Positions 1-10,026 of a DNA stretch of 64,000 nt are shown here, in pieces; the first letter of the stretch is position 1; every line of letters starts with the position of its first letter. The translations under genes and the position numbers were made by a program. Under the pieces are notes generated by a model, which was not told the origin of the DNA, searched no databases, and was given only the letters and a program-made list of their open reading frames with translations. Location: assembly GCA_038045945.1 (NCBI GenBank), contig JBBSXC010000003.1, positions 64,001 through 128,000 on the forward strand, in the 5' to 3' direction. The stretch is from Nanobdellota archaeon (GTDB lineage: Archaea; Nanobdellota; Nanobdellia; Pacearchaeales; GW2011-AR1).

Positions 1-18
1 ATAAAAAGAGATGAGAAA

Positions 19-753
19 ATGATAAATCCTGACATAATAAGGTACTTTAAAGAAGGAATATGGAAAGGTTACACTCAAGAATTCTTAAAACAAAACTTAC
101 TAAAAAACGGATATGACATAAACGAAGTAGAAGAAACAGAAAGAGAACTAATAAGACAAGTATCACTAGAACCAAAAATAGGAAAATTTGAAGGCTATAT
201 TAAAAAAAATTGGAAGAAGATAATGCTAGCAGGAATAATCCTATTAGCAATAATAATCGCTGCAACAACAATAAACTGGAAAGGCAACAATGAGGAAGAC
301 CTTATAATAAATGAGAATATAACAATGATTACTTGTGATGGAACAAAAAACCAGTTATTAGTAGAACCAGGACAAGAAATATCATACTTACAAATAACAA
401 ACGCACAAGAACAACAACTAAGAGACTTAAACCAGAACAGACTAATAGAAACATCATACACAATAAACATCCCTTTAGAAAAAGCAACAATAATAAAACA
501 AGAATACTACCTAATAACTGATCCTAGCGAAGCTAACGGAACAAGCACAAACCAAGTATCAAAAAACAAAACACAATTCTTAACATTATCAAACATTAGC
601 GGAATAGAAGAAGGAAACGACAAACTGGGAAAAATGATAAAGACATGGCAGAACAGAAGTATAAGCACATATGAAGAATTCGAAGTAAACACCATATACA
701 TAAATTTAGGAAACCAGAGCAGAATAATAAGTTACACTTGTAACACTGAATAA
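19..753 (+). CDS. hypothetical single-pass membrane protein
   Basis: 244-aa ORF; N-terminal 'GY..E.LKQNLLKNGYD..EVEE' small helical domain, then TM segment IMLAGIILLAIIIAA. Confidence 0.7.
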   Translation: MINPDIIRYFKEGIWKGYTQEFLKQNLLKNGYDINEVEETERELIRQVSLEPKIGKFEGYIKKNWKKIMLAGIILLAIIIAATTINWKGNNEEDLIINENITMITCDGTKNQLLVEPGQEISYLQITNAQEQQLRDLNQNRLIETSYTINIPLEKATIIKQEYYLITDPSEANGTSTNQVSKNKTQFLTLSNISGIEEGNDKLGKMIKTWQNRSISTYEEFEVNTIYINLGNQSRIISYTCNTE

Positions 754-771
754 AAAACTAGAAGTAACGGC

Positions 772-1197
772 TTAACCAAATCTTGATAATATTCCTGATC
801 CTACAATCACTAAAAGTAATCCTACAATTTTCATAGGTGTTACTGATTCTCCTAAAAAAAATCCTATGGCCGAGGCTATAGCAATACTGCCACCGATTAC
901 TATGGGTCCGACAATTGATACTGCAGTTCCAGAATTATAAGCTTTTAAAATAAAATAATCAATAGCTAAAGCACAAGCTCCAGCCAAAACTGCAAAAAGG
1001 ATTCCCTTTGGATTAGAGTAAAGAGTTACAGATTTATATTGCGGGGCTAAAAATAATATGCCTAAGACTACCGCAGTTAATGAAACTACAATTGCTCCAA
1101 AAAGGTAATTAATATGAGATGAAGCCTGTTGATGAAAAACGGTCCAGATACCAAACGCAATTGCAGCTATTATTGCAAAAACTATTCCAGGAAGCAT
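772..1197 (-). CDS. EamA/DMT-family transporter (single domain)
   Basis: About 5 TM helices; 'AYNSGTAVSIVGPI' and 'FFLGESVTPMKIVGLLLVIVG' are typical EamA motifs; start moved to MLPG, with a TATA-like TTTATAAA about 22 nt upstream. Confidence 0.8.
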   Translation of the reverse strand: MLPGIVFAIIAAIAFGIWTVFHQQASSHINYLFGAIVVSLTAVVLGILFLAPQYKSVTLYSNPKGILFAVLAGACALAIDYFILKAYNSGTAVSIVGPIVIGGSIAIASAIGFFLGESVTPMKIVGLLLVIVGSGILSRFG

Positions 1198-1478
1198 CTG
1201 TATACGTGTTTTATGATATTTATAAATCTCTTTACAATCTAACTTTTCGAAAGATATAACTAATAGAATGCCTTCGGAGTAATAGAAATACAATAATTAC
1301 TCAACAAAACCTTAATAATTATCTGTAATTCAACGAGTCTACCATTAAACTACTAGCTAATGATAAAATGGCTGTTCATCATAACCTCTCAATTCAGGTT
1401 TAAGCTAATTGTTCTCTTAAAAAGTTATTTTTCTTACCTAACCAAAACCTATATAATACCAAAAAAATTCTTATAATC

Positions 1479-2390
1479 ATGGAAAAAGAGGAAAGAAAAA
1501 AAATATCAATTAATCTTTCGCCATCAAGCATAAACGTATACTACCAAAGCCCACTATTATTCTACCTAAAATACATAGAAAAAGCACCAGACGACACGCA
1601 AGTACCAGTATGTTACGGTCTGTCAGGAAGCTTAGTACATGAATGCTTAGAAAAATACGCAAAGAAAGAAATAGACAGAGACCAAGCATACGCACACCTA
1701 TTAACACAGTGGGAAAAACAAAACTTACACGTACACCAAGACATAAACGGGAAAACACTAAACCCTATGGATTACATAAACGCAATGATAAAAGGAATAG
1801 AAGTAGTAGAAAAACACGAAGAACACTTATGCGAAGAAACAATAACATTCCCACTAAAAGAAAACGAGAAAATAAAGATAGGGATAAAAGGAATAATAGA
1901 CTTACAAGCAACAGAAAAAGGAACAAAAAAAACAGTATTATTAGACTACAAAACAAGCAATAGCGTAAGCGAAGACAAATCATTCGAAAGACAAGCATTA
2001 TTCTACAACTTACTAATACACAAACAAAAAAACAGAATACCAGAAAAAACAAGTCTGTATTACCTAAAATTAGGAATAACAAAAAATTATGAGTTCAAAA
2101 TAAAAGAAATAGAAGAATTCGAAAAAGAACTACACAAAATAGCTGACAGCATACTAGAAGCAGGCACAAGAATAGAAAACTATCCAGTAGGGCAAATAGA
2201 CGACTTATTCAACAGCAAAAAACAAGCATGCATAAAAGAAGTAGAAAGAAGAAAAATACAAAGCCAACAAAAATTATTATTTGAAAGAAAAGAAAAAATT
2301 TACCAATTTAGCCAACCTGAGACATCTTTCAAGCCTGAACTATCAGGTCCGCTAATGGCCATGCAAAGCGGAGAAAACATCAAACCTTAA
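1479..2390 (+). CDS. PD-(D/E)XK nuclease family protein (RecB/AddB/Cas4-like)
   Basis: LSPSS, GSLVHECLE, KGIIDL, LLDYKTS and QALFY (QxxxY) motifs. Confidence 0.85.
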   Translation: MEKEERKKISINLSPSSINVYYQSPLLFYLKYIEKAPDDTQVPVCYGLSGSLVHECLEKYAKKEIDRDQAYAHLLTQWEKQNLHVHQDINGKTLNPMDYINAMIKGIEVVEKHEEHLCEETITFPLKENEKIKIGIKGIIDLQATEKGTKKTVLLDYKTSNSVSEDKSFERQALFYNLLIHKQKNRIPEKTSLYYLKLGITKNYEFKIKEIEEFEKELHKIADSILEAGTRIENYPVGQIDDLFNSKKQACIKEVERRKIQSQQKLLFERKEKIYQFSQPETSFKPELSGPLMAMQSGENIKP

Positions 2391-2658
2391 CAATTCATCT
2401 CACAAAAACTTCTTTAAAGTATACGATAAAATAATTGGTAAATGTTCTCTTCAGAAGGAACAACAGACAGAAATATCTGGGAAGAAAATATTTTTAACGT
2501 CGATCATAATATGCTTATTATTTATAATAGGGACAATAGGAAGAATATATCTTAATAAGATGGAAATGAAAAAAATAACTCTAAAGTAGTAGGGGAGTCA
2601 GAGGTTGTCTAGCAAAAAACCGCATTTCTTTTTATATAAAAAATCACGATGCTATTGA

Positions 2659-2997
2659 ATGGTAAAAGAGTTATGCCTAATATGTTACAGAACAATATCG
2701 GACCCCATGTGTGCTGACTGCCATATAAAACACGTACTAATATGGCTAAAAAGTACAAACATAAAAAAGTCAGTTAAAACAGAAATGCTTAAAGAATTTA
2801 AGAAAAAAGTGCATTATGATGCGTTAAACGAAGGAGAATGCGTAGTGTGCTATAAAGGAGAAGTAAACATATGCTACTATTGTTTCTGCAAAAAATTTAG
2901 TAACCAATTACAAAAAACAAAAGAAGGAAAACCATACCTAGAAGAATTCAATAACATATTTAACTATAGCATAATGAGTGATACAAACGAAAAATAA
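2659..2997 (+). CDS. Cys-rich zinc-binding hypothetical protein
   Basis: Four CxxC motifs (CLIC, CADC, CVVC, CYYCFC). Confidence 0.7.
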   Translation: MVKELCLICYRTISDPMCADCHIKHVLIWLKSTNIKKSVKTEMLKEFKKKVHYDALNEGECVVCYKGEVNICYYCFCKKFSNQLQKTKEGKPYLEEFNNIFNYSIMSDTNEK

Positions 2998-3003
2998 GCC
3001 TAT

Positions 3004-3072
3004 TTGTCTTAAAATATACAACATTTTAGGAAAAGGCTTAAATAGTAAATTTGTCTGTCTATAATAAGACAA
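3004..3072. promoter_or_regulatory. two TGT-N10-ACA palindromic sites flanking the TATA box of the TrmB-family gene
   Basis: TGTCT-TAAAAT-ATACA (3005-3020) and TGTCT-ATAATA-AGACA (3056-3071) either side of CTTAAATA (3037-3044). Confidence 0.55.
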
Positions 3073-3102
3073 AATAAAAAAGAACAATGGAGAAAAAATA
3101 AA

Positions 3103-3858
3103 ATGGTAGCTATTGATGAGGGGAGATTTGATTCAATATTTGAGTCAATAGGTTTTAGTAAGAACGAAATAAAAGTTTATCTTGATTTAGTAAAACAAGA
3201 AAGCTCAACAGCACTAGAAATATCTAAAAGAACTGGAATACACAGATCAAATACTTATGACATAATAAGGAGCCTAATATCTAAAGGATTTATAAGGGAA
3301 ATGAGCATTGAAAGCAAAAGAGTATTTAGAGCACTGCACCCAGATAGACTAAAAGGGTACTTGGACCAAAAAAGACAAGAAGTAGAAAATGTCTTGCCCG
3401 AATTAACAAAGTATGCTCGTCAACACGGAACAACGGCTAGTGCCTCATGGATTAGCGAAGGAATATTCGTTGCTAGAGAAATACTAATGGATTTACTAAA
3501 ACTTAAAAGCTCTATAATAATGTTCGGAGCGTCACTTTCACATGTTGATTACTTGGGAAGATCTTTCTTAGAGGATTTCCATAAAGAAAGAATAAAAAAC
3601 CAGATACTTATGAAAAGAATATTTAGTAAAGAAGGAGTTGACAGATTCTCCGCCTTAAACAAAATGAAGTATACTGAGGCAAGATACTTACCAGAAAAGT
3701 ATGATAGTAATACATCAACAATTGTTTGCAAAGACACAGTACTAATACTAATATTTGGAAAACCAGTGCTAGTAATAACAATTAAGAGTCAAGACATTGC
3801 AGACTCATACGAAAAATATTTCAGAATACTTTGGAGGTCGGCTAGAAAAACAGCCTAG
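3103..3858 (+). CDS. TrmB-family transcriptional regulator
   Basis: N-terminal wHTH (GFSKNEIKVYLDL...ISKRTGIHRSNTYDIIRSLISKGFI) plus C-terminal PLD-like effector domain ending FRILW. Confidence 0.9.
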   Translation: MVAIDEGRFDSIFESIGFSKNEIKVYLDLVKQESSTALEISKRTGIHRSNTYDIIRSLISKGFIREMSIESKRVFRALHPDRLKGYLDQKRQEVENVLPELTKYARQHGTTASASWISEGIFVAREILMDLLKLKSSIIMFGASLSHVDYLGRSFLEDFHKERIKNQILMKRIFSKEGVDRFSALNKMKYTEARYLPEKYDSNTSTIVCKDTVLILIFGKPVLVITIKSQDIADSYEKYFRILWRSARKTA

Positions 3859-3897
3859 TTGTTTATTTGTATAAATAAAAACAACTAGATTTTAAAT
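3855..3897. promoter_or_regulatory. palindrome containing TGT-N10-ACA just upstream of the DUF4382 gene TATA box
   Basis: CTAGTTGTTT...AAACAACTAG (3855-3888) with TGT 3868-3870 and ACA 3881-3883; TTTTAAAT follows at 3890. Confidence 0.5.
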
Positions 3898-3911
3898 AAA
3901 CACAATAACAA

Positions 3912-4730
3912 ATGAATATAATGATTAAAGGGAAAAAAGCAATGGCATCAGGATCATGGATTCTAGTAATAGTACTCGTAGCACTAATAGGAGCAGCAAT
4001 ATATTATACAAGCACAAACTCAATGAAAAGTCAAGATGGTGAAGGAAGAGTACTAATAGCAATGACTGATGCAGCAGCAAACATGGGAACAATAAGCGAG
4101 GTAAGAATAACAGTGGACAAAGTAGAAGCACACAGCGAAGGTCAAGGATGGGTGACACTATCATCAAATTCTCAAACATACGACTTACTAGAACTAAAAG
4201 CTAAAGGGGAAGTAGTAGCAATAGCAGATGAAGAAATAAAAGCAGACAATTATAACCAAATAAGAATGGAAGTATCAAAAGTAGTGGTAGTTGACGCAAA
4301 CGGAAGCCACGAAGCAAAACTACCATCAAACAGGCTAACAGTAAACACACAAATGACTGTAGATGAAGAATCAACACAAACAGCAACATTTGACTTCATA
4401 GCAGACGAATCATTACACGTTACAGGAAACGGCAGGTACATAATGGCACCAGTAATAAGCATAGAAACAAGAGATGACGCAGAAATAAAAGAAGAAAGCG
4501 GAGGAAGAGTAGTAATAAGTGGAGGAAGAGTAATGTCAACAAGCAAAGTAGGAATGGATATAAACGGAAATGTAGGAGTGGGTCTAGGAGTATCATCAGA
4601 CATAAACATTGACGTAAACGAAAATTTAGTGATTGGTGGAGTAATAGGTGCAGGGTCATCCTCTGGAAAAAATAATAGCTCGAGTGGTGGAGTAGGGTTA
4701 GGACTTGGATCATCAGCAAGCACATACTAA
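3912..4730 (+). CDS. DUF4382-domain membrane-anchored/secreted protein
   Basis: N-terminal TM; 'GRVLIAMTDA', 'YDLLEL', 'YNQIRM', 'KLPSNRL', 'TFDF..DESL', 'GRYIMAPVI'. Confidence 0.8.
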   Translation: MNIMIKGKKAMASGSWILVIVLVALIGAAIYYTSTNSMKSQDGEGRVLIAMTDAAANMGTISEVRITVDKVEAHSEGQGWVTLSSNSQTYDLLELKAKGEVVAIADEEIKADNYNQIRMEVSKVVVVDANGSHEAKLPSNRLTVNTQMTVDEESTQTATFDFIADESLHVTGNGRYIMAPVISIETRDDAEIKEESGGRVVISGGRVMSTSKVGMDINGNVGVGLGVSSDINIDVNENLVIGGVIGAGSSSGKNNSSSGGVGLGLGSSASTY

Positions 4731-4821
4731 ATTCGTATTAATAATAAAGAATAAAAAAATAATTCCTTCGCCGAAAGGCTTTTAAGCAAGAGAACGTGTT
4801 ACTATTTATAAGGAGTATATA

Positions 4822-6309
4822 ATGGTAAAATCTAATGACAACCTAGAAAAATTAGTTAGGAGTGCTGGTAAAAATGAAGTTATTAGAGCAGTAAACGCCT
4901 TACCATTCTTTCCATCAGGAATAGACATACGCAAAACCAAACATCTGCCTGCATTACCATACCTATACTACGTTTCTAGAGTTCTTCAAGATGTAAAAAG
5001 AGTTTATCAGTCACAAACACATAAAACGCTTAGTGACATTAAAGAAATGTCTCCAACAACAAAAATACCATCAGACTACTTTGATAACTCAAGATACATA
5101 CACTCACTAATAGGAACCCTAGCACATGGTTTTTCTAACGGTTTCCAATACAATCAAAAACCTTCAAACGAATTCGACCCTAACCTTTCAGAGCAGGATT
5201 ACAAAATAAACCCTACGTTTGTCCCTTATGGGCTAGTATTAGCATTAGCAGGCATAGAAACAGTTATTTCAATGTCAGAAACACTTGATGACGTATTTGA
5301 CAATAGCGAAGAAAGAAGAGGAAAAGAAACATACCACTACACTCACGGATGGAAAGCAGCAACACTATCATCAGACTTACAACTTATTGACTCATTAGAA
5401 ATAGTTGACGGAATATCAAGCTATTACATAAGAAAAGTTATAAGAGAAGCAGCCAAAACAACAGCTAAAGGTCAAGGTTTAGAAATAGACATTCAAAGAA
5501 GACTGGCAGCAAAAGGAATAGAGCTAAGAACAGACAGCAGAGGAATGAGCGATGAGGACTCAGAAAAGTTTATAGCAGAATTAATGAGGAAACTAAAAGG
5601 CGATAGAGAAAAATCATCAAGAATGAAGACTAGCGCACTTATAGAATGCGCTGCTGATTGTGGAACATTCTATGGGGGACTAAAACCCCAAGACCTTCTT
5701 AAAAAAGCAATTATGAGGTATTCAAGAGAGTTTGGAATAATGCACCAAATAAGAAACGACCTGGACGATGTACAAAGCGGAAGAGCCGAGGACATGAGAG
5801 ATGGAGTTCTAAACCTAGTAGTATTTGGAGCACTTTCTAATCCAGATATGGCCTTTGATGACAAATTAACACTAGCAAGCACATTAACAAGACAGTATGA
5901 TAGAATAAAGGCCAGAGCAATACTACCAGGAGACGTTATTCATAGGGCAAACCCAAGACCTACAAGAAGATTATCAAAACTTGAAGAGGAAGAAGAAAGA
6001 GAACAAGCAGCTCATGAAACAATGTTTGACGATGACTTAGCCGAAGCAATAAGGTACGACGAAGAGGAAGATCCAGAAACTTCAGAATTAAACTTTGATG
6101 ATGGATTATCAGGAGACAGTCATATTCAAGCTGAAGAAGCAATAAAGTTATCTAACCAGTTAGCACATGAATACGGCTCGGAAGGAGCATGGGAAAGAAT
6201 TAACAGAGAAAAAGAAAAACTTACAAGAAAAGTAATAACAAAAATATCACCAGACCCTGTAGGCCAAAGAGTTTTAGAATCAGTAGTTGACATGATAATA
6301 AAAGAATAA
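4822..6309 (+). CDS. divergent polyprenyl synthetase (isoprenyl diphosphate synthase fold)
   Basis: First motif LDDVFD followed by RRGK; GQGLE; KTSALI; second motif QIRNDLDD. Confidence 0.75.
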   Translation: MVKSNDNLEKLVRSAGKNEVIRAVNALPFFPSGIDIRKTKHLPALPYLYYVSRVLQDVKRVYQSQTHKTLSDIKEMSPTTKIPSDYFDNSRYIHSLIGTLAHGFSNGFQYNQKPSNEFDPNLSEQDYKINPTFVPYGLVLALAGIETVISMSETLDDVFDNSEERRGKETYHYTHGWKAATLSSDLQLIDSLEIVDGISSYYIRKVIREAAKTTAKGQGLEIDIQRRLAAKGIELRTDSRGMSDEDSEKFIAELMRKLKGDREKSSRMKTSALIECAADCGTFYGGLKPQDLLKKAIMRYSREFGIMHQIRNDLDDVQSGRAEDMRDGVLNLVVFGALSNPDMAFDDKLTLASTLTRQYDRIKARAILPGDVIHRANPRPTRRLSKLEEEEEREQAAHETMFDDDLAEAIRYDEEEDPETSELNFDDGLSGDSHIQAEEAIKLSNQLAHEYGSEGAWERINREKEKLTRKVITKISPDPVGQRVLESVVDMIIKE

Positions 6310-6405
6310 GAAAATTCTATCGTATGTTGTCTATGAAAAAACTACTCCTGATTAAATACTAATTTTCTCTACCATTTTTAAGAGGCGACAAACACTAAAA
6401 AAATA

Positions 6406-6963
6406 ATGTCTTTTAGAAAAATAATAAGGTACAAGGATGCACCTTATGATCAAAGGAGCCCCCTAGAAGAAATGATAACGGTGCTAGAGAGAGAATCATT
6501 AAAATCATTTTTTGACAGAGTGGGTAACGCAATACCTGAACTCGTTGAATTAACGCAAAGAGTTGAAGCAAACCCTCGTGATTCAGACGCGCACTACTTA
6601 CTGGCAAGAACTTACCTTAATAGAGAAGACCAAGGAGACTTAAAAATGGCTGATCATCACTTATCATTAGCTATGCAGTACTGCTATGGTAAAACAAAAT
6701 TCGGAGATTACGACATATTACTAGCTTACGGAATAGTAAAAATAGAGTTAGGCGAATACGCCAGAGGAACAGATTTAGTAACTAGAGCAATACAAGTAGG
6801 TAAAAGAACAAAGGTTTATTCTAGCAAAGAAACAGAGGATTACGACCACTTATTAGTTGTTAGCGCGCTAATGATGGAAGGAAAAGAGGGGGAGGCAAAA
6901 AATTATTCTGATAGTAATATGCAATCCAAAGAATTAGTTGAAGGATACTTCTCAGAAAGATGA
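6406..6963 (+). CDS. TPR-repeat protein
   Basis: 'NPRDSDAHYLLARTYL' and 'YGIVKIELGEYARG' are TPR-like helices. Confidence 0.65.
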   Translation: MSFRKIIRYKDAPYDQRSPLEEMITVLERESLKSFFDRVGNAIPELVELTQRVEANPRDSDAHYLLARTYLNREDQGDLKMADHHLSLAMQYCYGKTKFGDYDILLAYGIVKIELGEYARGTDLVTRAIQVGKRTKVYSSKETEDYDHLLVVSALMMEGKEGEAKNYSDSNMQSKELVEGYFSER

Positions 6964-7039
6964 TTTAGGCATTTTAGAAGTATTATTTTATACAACACAA
7001 ATCCAAATGATATAAAAACTTTAAAAGTTTGCGTTTGTA

Positions 7040-7675
7040 ATGGAAAAGGAAAAAAAGTACCTGTTTTTAGGATTATTCTTCGTCTTTATTCAAATAGTAG
7101 CAATAATAAGAAATGTAAGCTCAGGTTATAACAACTTTTTTTGGTTTTGTGACTTTGCATCACTACCAATAGCCATAGGATTCTTCCTAAAAAAGGACGA
7201 TTTTGTTAAATCAATAGTAAACATTGGATTATTCCCGCAAATAATCTATATTTTAGCATTCGTCTACAAAATATTTTCTGGAGTATCAATACTAGAAACA
7301 ATTCCGGACACATCAACAATATTTTATTTTACTAGCTCAATAATAATACACTTATCAACAATTTTTGCTTTATGCTTTACTTACAAAACTAAACCTAGAA
7401 TCAGCACACTATTCCACTCAATAATGTTCATTTTCGGAATGTATGTCATAGCATTATTCTTCACAAACCCCCAAGACAGAATAAACTACGTACTTTCATC
7501 AAGAACACTCCTACCAATAACAATACCCTACTACACGGAACTGTGGTCATTACTAACATTCCTAATAGTGGTACTACCAACACAAGGAATACAATACCTA
7601 ATATACAGATATTATGAAAAGAATGAAGGCAAGAAAAAAGTTCTCAATACTAAGTCTAAGAAAGAAGCCTTATAA
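7040..7675 (+). CDS. multi-pass membrane protein
   Basis: About 6 TM segments; FWFCD and 'DRINYV' motifs. Confidence 0.75.
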   Translation: MEKEKKYLFLGLFFVFIQIVAIIRNVSSGYNNFFWFCDFASLPIAIGFFLKKDDFVKSIVNIGLFPQIIYILAFVYKIFSGVSILETIPDTSTIFYFTSSIIIHLSTIFALCFTYKTKPRISTLFHSIMFIFGMYVIALFFTNPQDRINYVLSSRTLLPITIPYYTELWSLLTFLIVVLPTQGIQYLIYRYYEKNEGKKKVLNTKSKKEAL

Positions 7676-7721
7676 ATCACATTTATAAACACTTATTTTG
7701 ATTACTATCAAGTGACATAAA

Positions 7722-9077
7722 ATGGTTAGATCTAAACAAATGGTTGAGGAAAGGGTTCTGAGAGAATCAGAATCTCTAAAAAGGCCACAACTTGCAAAAA
7801 AATACGGAAGAACAGAACCAGAAATCAGAGAATTCTTTGATTCTAGAGATAGAAGAAAACCTAGAGTTAAGTCGGAAATATCAAGACTCAGAAGAGAATT
7901 ACCAGAAAAAAAGCTCTTAGGCTTACTATTAGAAAAAAGTACTGAAGAGTTATGTGAAGATTATAAAGCTAAAAGAACTAGTATGTCTCAAAGGATTAAA
8001 GAAGTCACAAACGGCCACAGAAAACCACTGGTAAGAAATCATGTTGACATAACAAAAGAAGAACTAATAGAAGCATCAAAACTTTTTTCTGAGGAAGAAA
8101 TAGCAACACTATATGACTGCAGCAGAGCAACAATAGCGCGTAAATATCGAGAAGCCATAATAAAAAAACATTGTGTTAACCCTAACACTAGAAGAATAAA
8201 CAGCATCGATAGTGCAGAATTATTAGAAGTCTCATCAATATTCTCAAGAGATGAGTTAGCATTCCTCTACGATGTTGGTAGAGCCACAATTGTTCGTAAG
8301 CTTAGAGAAGCTAGAGACAAAAAAGATGATCAGAAACATGTTGAAAGAGCCTTGAGGAGAACTTTACCTGCGATTAACTCAGCTATTGATGAAACCCTCA
8401 AAACATTCAGTTACGTAAATTCAGCTATTGATTACTTAATATCTCAAAGACCACAAGCGGAAAGAATGGCAGCAAAGTATATCTTAGAAGTCCAAAATTA
8501 TCGGGGGAATAGTGAACAGTTTAACAAAAAACTGTTAAAACTATGCAAATCCTACATTCAAGCTAAGAAAGAAGGAGAAAAAGTATCAATAACAAAACTT
8601 TCTAAGAAAAGCGGATTTCACACAGCTCAAATATACAGAATAGGAAAAGCACTTGATTGGGACTTAAGAGTAAGAAAATACCAAAGAGGAGTGATTACCC
8701 CAATACAAAACTGGAGAATTATTGAAACAAACATTAATTCTGAATTAACAAACCATGACATTGCAAAATTTTTAGGTTTATCACCTACACCAATAATTGA
8801 CGCGCAAGAAAGAACGGGTATTGAAAGATTAAGAAAAACGCCAATTTATACTAGGAATAGGGCAAAAGTAGGTTATTATGCTGCAAGCATGGTTTACGAA
8901 TCATTAGATGAAGGATATAGCGTGCAGGACTCAGCTGAAATAGCTGGAGTAAGCATTGATGACGTTTTAGCTTTATCAGAAAGAAGAGAAGAACTAGAAA
9001 AGAAAATAATTTCTGGGCTAAGAAGACTTACTGGAAAAAAGGTAGAAAAACCATACTTACCAATAAAAAATAAGTAA
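7722..9077 (+). CDS. multi-HTH basic DNA-binding protein
   Basis: Repeated HTH-like units (EEIATLYDCSRATIARK; DELAFLYDVGRATIVRK; ITKLSKKSG; NHDIAKFLGLS; VQDSAEIAGVS). Confidence 0.65.
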   Translation: MVRSKQMVEERVLRESESLKRPQLAKKYGRTEPEIREFFDSRDRRKPRVKSEISRLRRELPEKKLLGLLLEKSTEELCEDYKAKRTSMSQRIKEVTNGHRKPLVRNHVDITKEELIEASKLFSEEEIATLYDCSRATIARKYREAIIKKHCVNPNTRRINSIDSAELLEVSSIFSRDELAFLYDVGRATIVRKLREARDKKDDQKHVERALRRTLPAINSAIDETLKTFSYVNSAIDYLISQRPQAERMAAKYILEVQNYRGNSEQFNKKLLKLCKSYIQAKKEGEKVSITKLSKKSGFHTAQIYRIGKALDWDLRVRKYQRGVITPIQNWRIIETNINSELTNHDIAKFLGLSPTPIIDAQERTGIERLRKTPIYTRNRAKVGYYAASMVYESLDEGYSVQDSAEIAGVSIDDVLALSERREELEKKIISGLRRLTGKKVEKPYLPIKNK

Positions 9078-9109
9078 ATCTTTAATAGCTTATAAAAACA
9101 TTATCATTT

Positions 9110-9604
9110 ATGAATAAAACAAAAATAGCTTATTTTGGCGCAGGATGCTTCTGGGGAGTAGAATACCTCTTTAAAAAAGTCCCAGGAATAACAAAAACGG
9201 AAGTAGGTTACATGGGAGGGAAAAAACCAAACCCGACTTATAGAGAAGTATGTAACGATGGTACAGGACACGCAGAAATAATAAAGATTATTTATGATCC
9301 AGCACTCGTCACTTACAAAAAACTCTTAGAATTATTCTTCAAATGTCACAACCCAACAACAATAGACCGACAAGGGCCAGACGTAGGAGAACAATACAGA
9401 TCAGCAATATTCTACACTGATAAAGAACAAAAGAAAGAAGCAGAAGATTACCTAAAGGTTTATGAGAAAGAAATAGGAAAGAAAATAGTTACGGAAATAT
9501 CACAAGCTAGCGAATTTTGGAAAGCTGAAGAATACCACCAAGACTATTACGGAAAGAAAGGCGGACAACCATACTGCCACATAATGCCAAAAGTAAATTT
9601 TTAA
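9110..9604 (+). CDS. msrA: peptide-methionine (S)-S-oxide reductase
   Basis: GCFWG active site, GHAE, QGPDVGEQYRS, AEEYHQDY. Confidence 0.97.
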   Translation: MNKTKIAYFGAGCFWGVEYLFKKVPGITKTEVGYMGGKKPNPTYREVCNDGTGHAEIIKIIYDPALVTYKKLLELFFKCHNPTTIDRQGPDVGEQYRSAIFYTDKEQKKEAEDYLKVYEKEIGKKIVTEISQASEFWKAEEYHQDYYGKKGGQPYCHIMPKVNF

Positions 9605-9627
9605 AAACAAAAAATCATAATAACCTC

Positions 9628-10026
9628 ATGAAAAATATTATACCTAGAACCGATAATGAGTGGGAGAAAAAATTATCCCCAGAACAATATAGGGTTATGA
9701 GAGAAGGGGATACAGAAATGCCGTTCACTGGAAAATTTTTAGATAATAAAGAAAAAGGAGAATATTCTTGTGCTGCATGCAAAAACTCCTTATTCTCCTC
9801 TGACACAAAGTTTAATTCCGGAACTGGATGGCCAAGCTTCACAGACGCAAATAAGAAAAATATAATGCTAAAAGAAGATTATTCTCATGGAATGCACAGA
9901 ATAATGGTCATTTGTAAAAAGTGTAAATCCAAACTAGGGCACGTATTTGATGATATACCAAAAGAATTAGGAGAAAGGTACTGTATTAATTCATGCGCAC
10001 TAAAATTCAAAAATCTTAAAAAATAG
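9628..10026 (+). CDS. msrB: peptide-methionine (R)-S-oxide reductase
   Basis: CAAC and CKKC zinc sites, SGTGWPSF, LGHVF, RYCINS. Confidence 0.97.
   Translation: MKNIIPRTDNEWEKKLSPEQYRVMREGDTEMPFTGKFLDNKEKGEYSCAACKNSLFSSDTKFNSGTGWPSFTDANKKNIMLKEDYSHGMHRIMVICKKCKSKLGHVFDDIPKELGERYCINSCALKFKNLKK

Noticed and set aside
2391-2658. Possible small TM-protein frame (…KIFLTSIIICLLFIIGTIG…) in the intergenic gap
   Set aside because: No ATG/GTG/TTG start upstream of the hydrophobic segment in that frame.
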